Assembly (NCBI GenBank): GCA_951406725.2
Contig: OX597836.1
Coordinates: forward strand, 23,002,001 to 23,066,000
Length of the DNA stretch: 64,000 bases
Direction: 5' to 3'
DNA from: Octopus vulgaris
Taxonomy: Eukaryota
Below, piece by piece: positions 11,001 to 21,668 of this stretch. The notes beneath the pieces were generated by a model, which saw nothing but the letters and a program-made list of their open reading frames with translations, did no database searches and had not been told where the DNA came from. The translations under genes were made by a program, and so were the position numbers. Each line of letters begins with the position of its first letter. Within the stretch, counting starts at the first letter, position 1.

Positions 11001-14000
11001 CTAGCAGGTCAAGTTACTATTGAGACTCCCTCGTTGAATATATCAACACTTGTAGTTGCTGCTTATTCCATGTCAACTTTCATCTAACACACCTATGATA
11101 GGCATTCCAGCCATGACCACATTATCTAGTGTGTCCTTTAGTGAGTCAGTGAGTTTCAGTTTGCAGGAGATTTGGTTGCTATTTCTGGCAAGTCAAGTGA
11201 CCTCATAGAGGATCAGCGGTTTGGCTTTATTAACAACTAGTTGTTAACCTACATTATTTACATTTTATGGATAGTCGTCCTCATCTTGTTTGTTGTTAAC
11301 ACAGCATTTTGGCTGATATACCCTCCAGCCTTCTTCAGGTGTCTTGGGGTAATATGCCCACGGACATATGGCATAGTGGTTAAGAGCATGGGCTACTAAC
11401 CCCAAGATTCCAAGTTCAATTCCAAGCAGTGACCTGAACAATAATAATAATAATATCAACTAATAATATCTTCTGTGCCGGTGGCACGTAAAAATCACCC
11501 ACTACACTCATGGAGTGGTTGGCATTAGGAAGGGCATCCAGCTGTTGAAACATTGCCAGATCAGACTGGGCCTGGTGCAGCCTTCGGGCTTCCCAGACCC
11601 TAGTTGAACCGTCCAACCCATGCTAGCATGGAAAGCAGACACTAAACAATGATGATGATGATGATAATGATGATCAACAACAACATCAAAAAATACCTTA
11701 GGAATGAGAACGCAGGTTCGAAATTTCCCCAAGACACCTGAAGAAGGCTGGAGGGTATATCAGCCGAACCGTTGTGTTAGTAACAAACAAGATGAGGACA
11801 AATATCCGTCAAATGTATATAATGTACATAATTCCTCATCTCTTAAATATAGAACTGTAGTTGTTAACCCTGTATAAATTCTACCTTGGCTGAAAAGCTA
11901 AAAAATAATAACCACTTGCTGCTAATGTTATGTAAATGTTACTTGGGGAGAGAAGCTAGAACAAAAATAGCTAGTTGTTAACTTTATATACTGTATTTCT
12001 GGTCATATAAGGCACACAAGCTCACCCCAGTTTTGGTAGGCCTAATCTATGACTAAAAAAAAACTGCAGTTTATCCCAAATCCCCATGTCTCACATTTTC
12101 ATGTATAGGAACCATGAAAATTTAGACTGACACCCTTTGGTAAGCTATTTATGGCAGACTAATTTACCTGGGCATGGACACATTGAAACTCCGATGTCTG
12201 GCAGCTGACTTGGCAGACACCCATAAAATTATTAACCATCTTACAAACAATAACTCTGAGCACCTTTTCAAACTCCACCCATGTAACACCCGTGGACATA
12301 TTTACAAAGTCAGAAAACAGCACAGCTCCCATGACTTTAGGAAACATTTTTTCACGCTGAGAGTTGCTGAAGCCTGGAACAAACTGCCGGCATCAGTTGT
12401 TAGTTGTCGGAGCACTGCATCCTTCAAAACTTCCATGCTTTCTGAGATTCGACAACACTACACCTCATTTTCTCCCCTCCATACACACACAAGCTTGTAT
12501 CTGACTCATACATTGTTCGCTTTCCAGACATTTTTACATTACTGCATACACCTTATACGCACTTTCTGACAAGTTGTGGTGCACCTGAGCACTGTATACA
12601 AAAATTTCATTATTATTATTATTATTATTATAATACTTACCTTAGCACTAACAAATATCACCACCAACCTCCACTGTTACCTATATTGTCCATTGTTAAT
12701 AATAGCTCTAACCAAGTCTACCTAAAGCCTGGCCTTCAGTATATAAGGTGCAGGGTAACTTTAGGGGGTAATTTTTTTGAAAAAAAAAGGGTTCTTTACA
12801 TGCAGAAAATACAGTATATGTTACTTCATTATTGTTGCTAATTGTTATGTGTGAGTTTTGTTTATTTTATGCTATTTTTCTTTCAGTTACTGGATGGTAA
12901 ATTTACAAGTGAAGTTAGCCATGAAGTCGATGGCCTCATCTTCCAGCCAGCTGGTGAGGTAGGTACTATTACTCCTACCACGATCACACTACTACTCTCT
13001 CATGGGTTAGGCAAGTTTTCTAGGGCTGTGTTGCCAACCCTTTTACAACATACAACTCATATATTTTACAATACACACACACACACACACATTCAGTGTC
13101 TATGCACCAAATTTAAGCAACTTTCTTCTATTATAGCCCCAAGCCAACCAATTCCTTATGAGTGTATTTGGTAGATAGAAATTGAAAGAAGCCTGTCATT
13201 GAGCAGTCGATGATGATGATGATGATGATTGTGTGTGTATGTGTGTCCTTGTTCTGATATCACTGTTGTAAAATGAGCATCATACAAGTGATGTGATTCA
13301 TTTTCAATCATCCATGAAAACAAATCTGGCTAAGCAGAAATATCAAAATATTACTTTTGTTTGGAAAGAAGTGAAAGTTGCTAGCAGGAAGAGTATCCAG
13401 CCATAGGAAACCTTCAACAAATTCCACCTGAACCATGCGTGCATGGAAAAGTGAATTGTTAAGACATTGATGATGATGATACTTATATATATTTGTGTGT
13501 GTGTGTGTGTGAGAGAGAGATTCCTGGCAATATACCTATTTCTTTACTACCCACAAGGGGCTAAACACAGAGGGGACAAACAAGGACAGACAAACGGATT
13601 AAGTCGATTACATCGACCCCAGTATGCAACTGGTACTTAATTTATCGACCCCGAAAGGATGAAAGGCAAAGTCGACCTCGGCGGTATTTGAACTCAGAAC
13701 GTAACGACAGACGAAATACAGCTATATATTTCGCCCGGCATGCTAACATTTCTGCCAGTTCGCTGCCTTCAATTATATTTCCTGGCAATATACCATGCTC
13801 GAGAAAACCTGTCAAGCCAAGTAAGATCATAGTCATGACCGATGCTGGTGTTATGTAAATGGTACTCATTCTGGTGACACATAAGAAGCACCTTTCAAGC
13901 GTTGGGCCTCACGAAGGCAATGTGGCCGATGCCGGTGTGGTGTAACTAGCAGCCATGTCAGTGGCACATAAAAAGCACGTTTTGAGTGTTGGGCCTCATG

Positions 14001-17000
14001 GAGGCAATGACAAATGACCAAGATCTTTGGCAATATGCTGTGCTTGAGTGGAAAACCCATCAAGCCAAGTGAAATCGTTGTTGGCAGATGTTGGTGGCAC
14101 GTAAAAGCAACCATTACACTCTTGCAATGATTGACATTAGAAAGGGCATCCAGCCGTAGAAACCATGCCAAAATCAGGCTGGAGTCTGGTGCAGCCCCTC
14201 AGCGTACCATCTCTTGTTAAACTGTCCAACCTATGCCAGTATGGACAACAGATGTTAAATGATGATGATGATGATGAATCATCCAGAAGCTCTACACTTT
14301 GAAATTCCTTTACAATAAAAAAAAAATTCTACCCTCTGTGTGAAAAGTCTGGCTGCATCCGAAAAAATATATATTCTGAAACAAAAATAAACACAAAATT
14401 TATTACACAAATCTGTTACCACCACGACAGTCAACTATTTGACTCCGAACACAAGTTTGATGTTGAATACATCCACAAATTTTCTGCTCCGATAGCTCTT
14501 CCCAAGACTGCAAGACGGCTTCATGCAATTCATGCTTCGTTGTAGGGTTTTTCACTTCAACTTCATCAGCCAAAACTTTGAAAATGCCTTCATCTAATAA
14601 TGATTCTGCTAATTCCACGTGTAAACATGTGTTGAATAGAACTCACTGAATAAATCTTAATTAACTGTGCTGTCAATTGTATGCACCTGACATATGCTAA
14701 CGTGTATGCAGCCAGACTTTTCACACAGAGGACTTACTTGAGAAACAATGAAAGGTTGGTAACAGAAGGAAAGACCCTGCATCAAATACCCTTTCCCTCC
14801 TTCCCTCTGCCACATGACTCCTGCTTGCTTGGAAAATGATCATTAAAACAAACATCTGCCTGGTATTCTTTTTTTACTTATTTTGATTTCACACTTGATC
14901 TTATCCCCCACAACCACTATCTTTTTTCATCTTTCTTCTCTTTCAAGAGATATGTATGTGGCCGTAATCCCAATGTTCTCAAATGGAAACCAGCAACCAT
15001 GAATTCTGTTGATTTCCGACTTGATATTCGTAAAGTAGAAAAACAAGGGTAAGTGTTTTAATATCATTTTTTTGTTTTTCTTTTTCTATAGTTTTATATT
15101 TTCTTTCCTTCAAAGAACAGCAGCATGCCTGTTTTTGGAGTGTCTTTTTAAAAATCACCTTTTTGCTTTGCTCATAATGAATTCCAATATTTTAAATCCA
15201 GGTTTGTCCCCGTTAAAGTGGGTAGCCAGATCTACCTCACTCTTACAGCAACTGCTCTCACACCATCTCACCCAGTTTTGGGCGTCCTCCCTCCTCAAGC
15301 CACCCCTACCAATCTCCTCCTTCACCTGTTCCCTCCACATTTTCTGTGGTCAACCTTGCTTTTGCAGTTAAGCACACTCCTCAGAACATGATCCTCACCC
15401 CTCCTCAACACATATCCACACCACCACACTTCATTCACCCTTGCCAGCTGTTCCACCGATTCCTCCAACCCCAGAATGGGGGTTCACATAAAATTTCGTT
15501 GTTAAAATTTAATTGAAATAAATTGGTTATACTTCTACAATACACAAGATATTTTAATTTTTTTTTTTTGTACAATACCTAATAATATTTATTAAAATAT
15601 AAAAGGATTTTTTAAACATCAAATGGCTATGAGGGTCCATCTGAGTAAAATAAGAATCAAAGGGGTCCTTAGGCAAAATATAGTTGAGAAACACTATGTT
15701 GTCTGGTTACTAAGGGCAGAGCTGTTGTGTTATAATTATTCTTTCTCATTACAGAATGTTACCCGAAACAAAAGGTTACCTGTTTGTTGGACACCAAGAC
15801 AATCCATTTGCAGAAATGAAGGTTGGTATTGCTAGTATTATTTTTGTGAGCTCTTCATATATAAAACCACTCCACTCCTCACTCTACATTGTAATTAAAA
15901 GATAACCAAACTGTTATTTGTCTCCATCTACCTACTAACACTCATCTTTTGCAAATTTGATGTCAAATAGCAATGTTTTTTTTTTTCATATTTTTTCCTT
16001 AGTTCTTTAGTTGTTTGTTTTACCCATTGTGATTCCAAGGCCATACTGGAGCACTGCCTTTGAATTCAAGAAATTAAAAATTTTTTTCTTTATATATTTT
16101 TTTTCTCTCATGCAGGTGAACAGAGAAATGAAAGAACTCAATAACAAAATTATTGAATGTACATGGGATGATGAAAAATCTTGTTGGAAGTTTCTACGGC
16201 AACGAACTGACAAATCTTTCCCCAATAGCTATGATACAGCTTTGGGTAAGTGTTGGCTTTAGTTTTCTTGTTTCATCAGTGATTGTGGGGTTTCTTTATT
16301 CTCTTCAGTTTTAGTTTCTAGTCTGCAGCTCATTCTGGAGCTCTGCCTATAAGTGATTTTTATATATAATGTTGGTCGTTTTTTGTTTATTTCTTTTACA
16401 AGGGAATGCTGAAAAGTTCCTGGCTTTAAGGGTATCACAAAAGGCCTGGTTGGACCCCAATCTTCTGAGTTCTTTTAGAGGGCTTAGAAAAACTGAAGGA
16501 CTGCTGCACTAAGTGTGTGAATCTGAAAGGGGAATATTCTCTCTCTCTTTTACTCTTTTACTTGTTTCAGTCATTTGACTGTGGCCATGCTGGAGCACTG
16601 CCTTTAATCGAGCAACTCGACCCCAGGACTTATTCTTTTGTAAGCCCAGTACTTATTCTATCGGTCTCTTTTGCCGAACCGCTAAGTAACAGGGACATAA
16701 ACACACCAGCATCGGTTGTCAAGCAATGCTAGGGGGACAAACACAGACACACAAACACACACATGCATATATATATATATATACATATATACGACGGGCT
16801 TCTTTCAGTTTCTGTCTACCAAATCCACTCACAAGGCTTTGGTCGGCCCGAGGCTATAGTAGAAGACACTTGCCCAAGGTGCCACGCAGTGGGACTGAAC
16901 CCAGAACCATGTGGTTGGTAAACAAGCTACTTACCACACAGCCACTCCTGTTGGATAAAATCATAATTAACTGACCCTCCTTCATTTTCTTTTACCCCAA

Positions 17001-17286
17001 ACCAGGAACTTTTCAGCTGCACCACCCCTCATAAATACTAAATACATAATTTTTTTTCTTCTTTCCCTGTTTTTTTTTTCTTCTTCCTCTCTTATTCATC
17101 CATCTCTTTCTGCCTGTTTCTCTAGGTGTGTGTAACAGCATCAGGCATCCTGTCACCAAAGAGATTCTTCTGGACATTGTGGAGCGGAAGAGGCCAATGC
17201 CACCAATGGGCAGTGGCGGTGGTGGCGGCAGCCGGGACCAGGAATTAATGCCGCCTCCTTCCAAGAAACGAGCGACATTTTGCTAA
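1940..17286 (+). CDS. RNGTT: mRNA capping enzyme (RNA guanylyltransferase and 5'-phosphatase), 5'-partial, 11 exons in window
   Basis: Exons 1940-2064, 3823-3926, 5076-5177, 6902-7037, 8908-8979, 10463-10627, 12887-12958, 14948-15048, 15755-15821, 16116-16245, 17126-17286 join in frame (about 410 aa). They carry GTase motifs [20 protein letters not shown] (KxDG), LLDGE, YLVYDIV, DGLIF, LKWKP and RTDK, and the C-terminal [10 protein letters not shown]. The triphosphatase domain must lie upstream of the window. Confidence 0.96.
2073..2520. repeat. Compound (ACT/ACC)n trinucleotide repeat directly after an RNGTT donor
   Basis: Direct reading; explains the poly-T and poly-V ORFs. Confidence 0.9.
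3823..3926 (+). CDS. RNGTT: RNGTT exon (NAQFMEGV...CQDMCGWK)
   Basis: ctttcag|AAT...TT|gtaagt. Confidence 0.92.
4037..4472 (+). mobile_element. Tandem pair of tRNA-headed SINEs
   Basis: A box tggcttagtgg and B box ggtttcgattcc, repeated about 256 bp apart. Confidence 0.75.
5076..5177 (+). CDS. RNGTT: RNGTT exon with catalytic KxDG motif I
   Basis: [12 protein letters not shown]...VSWKADGT; ttcag| and |gtcagt. Confidence 0.96.
6902..7037 (+). CDS. RNGTT: RNGTT exon (YMALING...ETLLDG)
   Basis: atttcag| and |gtaagt; phase consistent. Confidence 0.95.
7238..8362 (-). mobile_element. Decayed mariner DNA transposon with nested SINE (about 7850-8108)
   Basis: TIRs tgaggtggtatcaaaaggttcc / ggaactttttaataccacctca with TA at both ends; transposase remnants [17 protein letters not shown] and [18 protein letters not shown]. 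Confidence 0.85.
8908..8979 (+). CDS. RNGTT: RNGTT exon (EMILDK...[10 protein letters not shown])
   Basis: ttttcag| and |gtaagg. Confidence 0.95.
9624..9859 (+). mobile_element. SINE family B (TSD tacttgtggt); other copies near 3083-3470 (tandem), 23430-24250, 32468-32680, 38655-38890, 39020-39165, 48660-48860
   Basis: Conserved gagttcaaattccgccgaggtcgactttgcctttcatcctttcggggtcgataaa core repeated through the window. Confidence 0.8.
10463..10627 (+). CDS. RNGTT: RNGTT exon (GKDVGGTDF...[11 protein letters not shown])
   Basis: atttcag| and |gtgcat. Confidence 0.94.
11250..11857 (+). mobile_element. Composite non-autonomous retroelement: inverted 3' piece, tRNA-like head and degenerate hammerhead, with a nested SINE
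   Basis: 12-bp TSD tagttgttaacc (11238-11249 and 11858-11869); inverted arms 11250-11349 and 11727-11826; A/B boxes at 11369 and 11413. Confidence 0.65.
12119..12632 (+). mobile_element. CR1-like LINE 3' fragment
   Basis: RT C-terminal peptide TRGHIYKV...[17 protein letters not shown] followed by a 3'UTR and (ATT)n tail. Confidence 0.8.
12887..12958 (+). CDS. RNGTT: RNGTT exon with motif IV ([10 protein letters not shown])
   Basis: tttcag| and |gtaggt. Confidence 0.95.
13533..13769 (-). mobile_element. SINE family B copy in reverse orientation
   Basis: Reverse complement of 9624-9859; flanking direct repeat ttcctggcaatatacc. Confidence 0.8.
14332..14731 (-). mobile_element. Tc1-like deletion derivative
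   Basis: TIRs cctctgtgtgaaaagtctggctgcat / atgcagccagacttttcacacagagg; Tc1 C-terminal-like peptide [19 protein letters not shown]...RGG. Confidence 0.75.
14948..15048 (+). CDS. RNGTT: RNGTT exon with motif V (LKWKP)
   Basis: tttcaag| (AAG acceptor) and |gtaagt. Confidence 0.92.
15755..15821 (+). CDS. RNGTT: RNGTT exon ([12 protein letters not shown]...)
   Basis: attacag| and |gttggt. Confidence 0.92.
16116..16245 (+). CDS. RNGTT: RNGTT exon, OB-fold (KIIECTW...RTDKSFPN)
   Basis: catgcag| and |gtaagt. Confidence 0.95.
16397..17032. mobile_element. Mariner-derived MITE split by a SINE (about 16540-16950); related copies near 23807-23992 and 61751-61966
   Basis: Ends gctgaaaagttcctggcttt / aaccaggaacttttcagc and a shared body found three times in the window. 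Confidence 0.65.
17126..17286 (+). CDS. RNGTT: RNGTT last coding exon ([12 protein letters not shown]...[14 protein letters not shown])
   Basis: ctctag| acceptor; TAA at 17284-17286. Confidence 0.93.
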
Positions 17287-17529
17287 CAACTCCCTTCCCA
17301 ACACCAACCAACAGTTTACTCAACCATCCACCCATCCACTCATTCAATCCATCCCCAAACATCTCCTCCCTTCAGTATAGGCAGGCCCTTCTCTTTGTCT
17401 CTCTCTCTCTCTCTCTCCCCACTTCTCCTTTTATTTTAAAAGATTTTTAGAGTTTTAATAATTTCAGGCCTATATCATCATCATCATCACCACCACCACC
17501 ATCATCACATTATTATTATTGTCGTTATT

Positions 17530-18417
17530 AAGGCAGTGGGCTGGCACAATTAGTGGCATTTCATCCATCGCTACGTTCTAAGTTCAAATTCTGCTGGAGT
17601 CGACTTTGCCTTTCATCCTTTCGGGGTCGATGAAATAAGTACCAGTTGCGCACTGGGGTTGGTGTAATCAACTATCTCCCTCCCCCAAAATTTCAGGCCT
17701 TGTGCCTTTAGTGAAAAGGACTATTATTATTATTATTATTATTATTGTGCTGAGCTGGCAGAATTGTTAGTATGCCAGACAAAATGCTTAGCATTTAGTA
17801 GAAAGGATTATTGTTATTATTAATATTTATTAAGGTGGCAAGTTGGCAAAATCATTAAAACATTGAACAAAATGCTTAGAGGTATTTCTTCTGCTTCTTG
17901 GACTTGTGCCAAAATTAGAGGTTGTTGTTATTATTATTATTATTGGTATTGAAGATTCATTAGAACATTGGACAAAATACTTTGTGCTGTTTGCTCCAGC
18001 TCTTTATATTCTGTGTTCAAGTCCTGCTGTGGCCAACTTTGCCTCTCATCCTATCAGGGTCAATGAAATAAAGTACCGGTCAAGTAGTGAGATTGATGTA
18101 ATCAGCTAACCTCATCTCACTGAAAACTTGCTGGCTTTGTGCCAAAATTTGAAACCATTATTATTTTTTTTATTATTATTATTATTATTATTAAGGTTGT
18201 TAACTGGCAGAATCATTAGCACGCCGGGCGAAATGCTTAGCGGTATTTCATCTGTTGCTACGTTCTGAGTTCAAATTCCACCGAAGTCAACTTTGCCTTT
18301 CATCCTTTTGGGGTTGATTAAATAAGCACCAGTTACGCACTGGGTTCGATCTAATCGACTTAATCCCTTCCCCCAAAATTTGAGGCCTTATGCTTCCAGT
18401 AGAAAGAATTATTATTA

Positions 18418-18460
<43 letters not shown>

Positions 18461-18990
18461 GGTTGTTAGCTGGCAGAATGGTTAGCATGCCAGGCGAAAT
18501 GCATAGTGGTATTTCATCTGTTGCTGTGTTCTGAGTTCAAATTCCACGGAGGCCGATTTTGCGCTCCTTCTTTTTGAGGTCATTAAAATAAGTACCAGTT
18601 TCCCCATACCCCCAAATTTTAGGCCTTGTGCCTATAGTAGAAAGGATTATCATTATTATTATTATTATTATTATTAAAGCTGTCAACTGGCAGAATTGTT
18701 AGCAGACCTGGCAAAATGCTTAGCAGCATTTCGTCCATCTTTACGTTCTGAGTTCAAATTCCACTGCAGTCAACTTATCCTTTCATCCTTTCTGGGTCAA
18801 TAAAATAAGGACCAGTTGAGAGCTAGTGTCAATGTAATCTACTTAACCTCTCCTCCAAATTTGCTGGCCTTGTGCCAAAACTTGAAACCATTATCATCAT
18901 CATCATCATCTCCATCACCATCATCATCATCATCATTATCATCATCATCATTATTATTATTATTATTATTACTATTATTATTATTATTAT
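17530..18990 (+). repeat. Head-to-tail array of family B SINE units separated by (ATT)n
   Basis: About 7 complete or partial units, all in the same orientation. Confidence 0.75.
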
Positions 18991-20802
18991 TGGCCTAGGT
19001 GAAGGTTTATTGTCGTTTTTTGACTATTCCTTCTCATCTTGTTGTCTTCTCCCCAACACCCAAGCCCCATGCTTACATTTCCATTCACACACTTCCACTA
19101 AATGAAAGAACACAGACATGCATCCCCATGCATGCACGTATGGAGCAGATAATTCACAACATGGTCAGACAGAGTTACTTGGTATGGGCATTCCTTGAGG
19201 TGACGAATAGACAAATGAATTTTGTCAATATGTTGTTTGTTTGTTTGTTTTTTTTTTTTTGTTTTTTTTTTTACACTTGAAAGATTAATCTGTAGTGAGA
19301 AACTCTGAGTATCAAAAATCAGAAATAATCAGCTTCAGGTGAATAAATAAACTCTATTACATGTACTGCATGTATTGAGTACTTCTTTTATTTGCACATT
19401 CAAACATGTGTGTGTGTGTGTGTATTTCAACATGTGGAACCATTAATCCCAACACGTTTTTTTTTTTGCTCTCTCTGTTTTTTCCTCATTCCTTTCTAAC
19501 AAAGAGCAAAGGTTCAAAATAACAAAGATTTTTCCATTTTCCCCAAGCATCAAACTAATACACCTGCTTGTTGTTCTGTCACATGTCTCCGTCTTTTGTT
19601 TTCTATACATTTGAACTATATCATTCAACTATGGTAATAGTTGAGTAATATTCTTAAGGCTGCGATTTACTCACACACAGCATCTTTCAGAGCTTATCAC
19701 TAATTCAGTTCTTAAGCAAATGGAAAAACCGTTAACACATTTGAAGAGGACTGGTCTCTAGCTACATTTTGACATAAAAAAAATTGAGATTTGGTCCAGT
19801 AGAAAAAGTTTACATCAAAGTTTGTAGTGATAGGAGAATAAGTAATGCCACCAATCAAATTTAGATCTAAATAACTTTCGTATTTTAAAAGCAAAATATA
19901 TTTCTCTTAGCTTCAATGATAGAAGAAAGCACGAAGAATTTCATAGTTTTGATTCCATGCACCAAAAATTTGTATCAAAAAGGTTGTGAGGTAAAATGTC
20001 ATGAAAAAAAATATAAGGAAGATAAAAAATTGGATTTAAGTATATTTAAATTTTTTATTTTAAAAGCAAACTATATTTTGATAAAGCTTAAATGATAGGG
20101 CTCAATTCTAGGAATTTCATGGTATCAATCTCCTGCAGTGAAGTTTTAAAAGAAAAAAGTTACGAGTGTTTGTTTCTCAAATGTGAGGGTGATAATATAG
20201 TTCTATACTTTTTTATGAATATAGTTCTATAAGGGACTTTTAATATATGTCACCGGCGTCATTGAGGTAAGGAAAAAAATATCAACGATACCACTAATTG
20301 ACACATTTGACACATTATTAATTAGCATAGCATGGAAAGAATATGGATTACATGGGAAAATACGAGCAAGAGAAATAATATTCTTAAGATTATAAACTTG
20401 GAAAATTACAGGACAAGTTATTACACTTGGAAAAGTTCAGGACAACTTATTACATTTGGTAAAGTACAAAACAAGAAAATTTTTACTTAAAATGTTGTAC
20501 TTAAGGATGAAATAATTGAGTTATTTTTAATTTTTAATAGAAGTAACAACTTGTAATAAAATTTTCAGTTTGAATAAAAGCTAATATTTTTTAAATCTAA
20601 ATATTTTATTTGAAATTTTATCCTTAGCTGTAATATTTTAAGTAAAAATTTTCTTGTTCTCTACTTTACCAGATGTAATAAGTTGTCCTGAACTTTTCCA
20701 AGTGTAATAACTTGTCCTGTAATTTTCCAGATTTATAATCTTAAGAATATTATTTCTCTTGCTTGCATTTTTCCATGTAATACATATATATATATATATA
20801 TA

Positions 20803-21668
20803 CTAGCAGTATTGCCTGGCTTTGTGTGACTATTAATCGCACTGAGGAAAATCGATTAATCTGTGAGTGCAAAATCAATACTTTCTTACACAATGTGCGC
20901 TCGTGCGTTCTATGCACGCGCGAATTATGCTAAACTTGGATGAAGTTCAATCAGAATTCAATTATTTTGGTTTTAAAATCAAGCATTTAATGCCCTCTAT
21001 TTTTGCGCTTATGTGTTCCCATTTCCTCAATAGGAAGTACGTATAAGTGTTTCATAAAGTTTTGTTGATCAAATAATTGCATTGTTGAATTATTCTTTTA
21101 GATCAGTATTTCTCAACGGGGATTTCAGGGGAGAGTTTCAGGGAGTTGCTGGCGATGTATCGTGATGATCAAAAATCCGGCCTGCTAAAATTTGGTTAAA
21201 GTGATTCAAACTGCAGACTCAACGCAAAATGGTCACATTTAATTCAAAGCGTTAAAAATGTTATGAAAACAATTGGTATGTGTTCACAAAGTCCAAACGA
21301 TTAATACGGAAAAAACCCTCCAGGCTACATCCCGAAAATTCATTTCTTTGCTGAATTTCTACAATGTTTATGGCGATTCATTTTTATATCGTGATTTTTT
21401 ATTTTTCATGCAATTTACGCGTGGTGAACACAGTTCACGTCAAACAGCTGACTGAATAAAGTTCACTATTCAATGCATGGGATAAGGCCTAAACAAACAC
21501 ATCGATTTTTGCACTTGCGAGATGAATTTCAGAACAGAAATAGCGCAGTTCAATTTTCATTCGCCTAAACTTTAAGTGACCCATTTTTGGTGGTTCTACG
21601 ATTTGTTGTCTAGGAGATGTGCCGGGAAGTTAAACACACAGAAACACAAGTTGAGTTTTATATATATA
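20803..21668 (-). mobile_element. Helitron-like non-autonomous element with related ends
   Basis: Same gcaatactgCTAG-T 3' end and a similar 5' end to 57064-57440. Confidence 0.45.
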
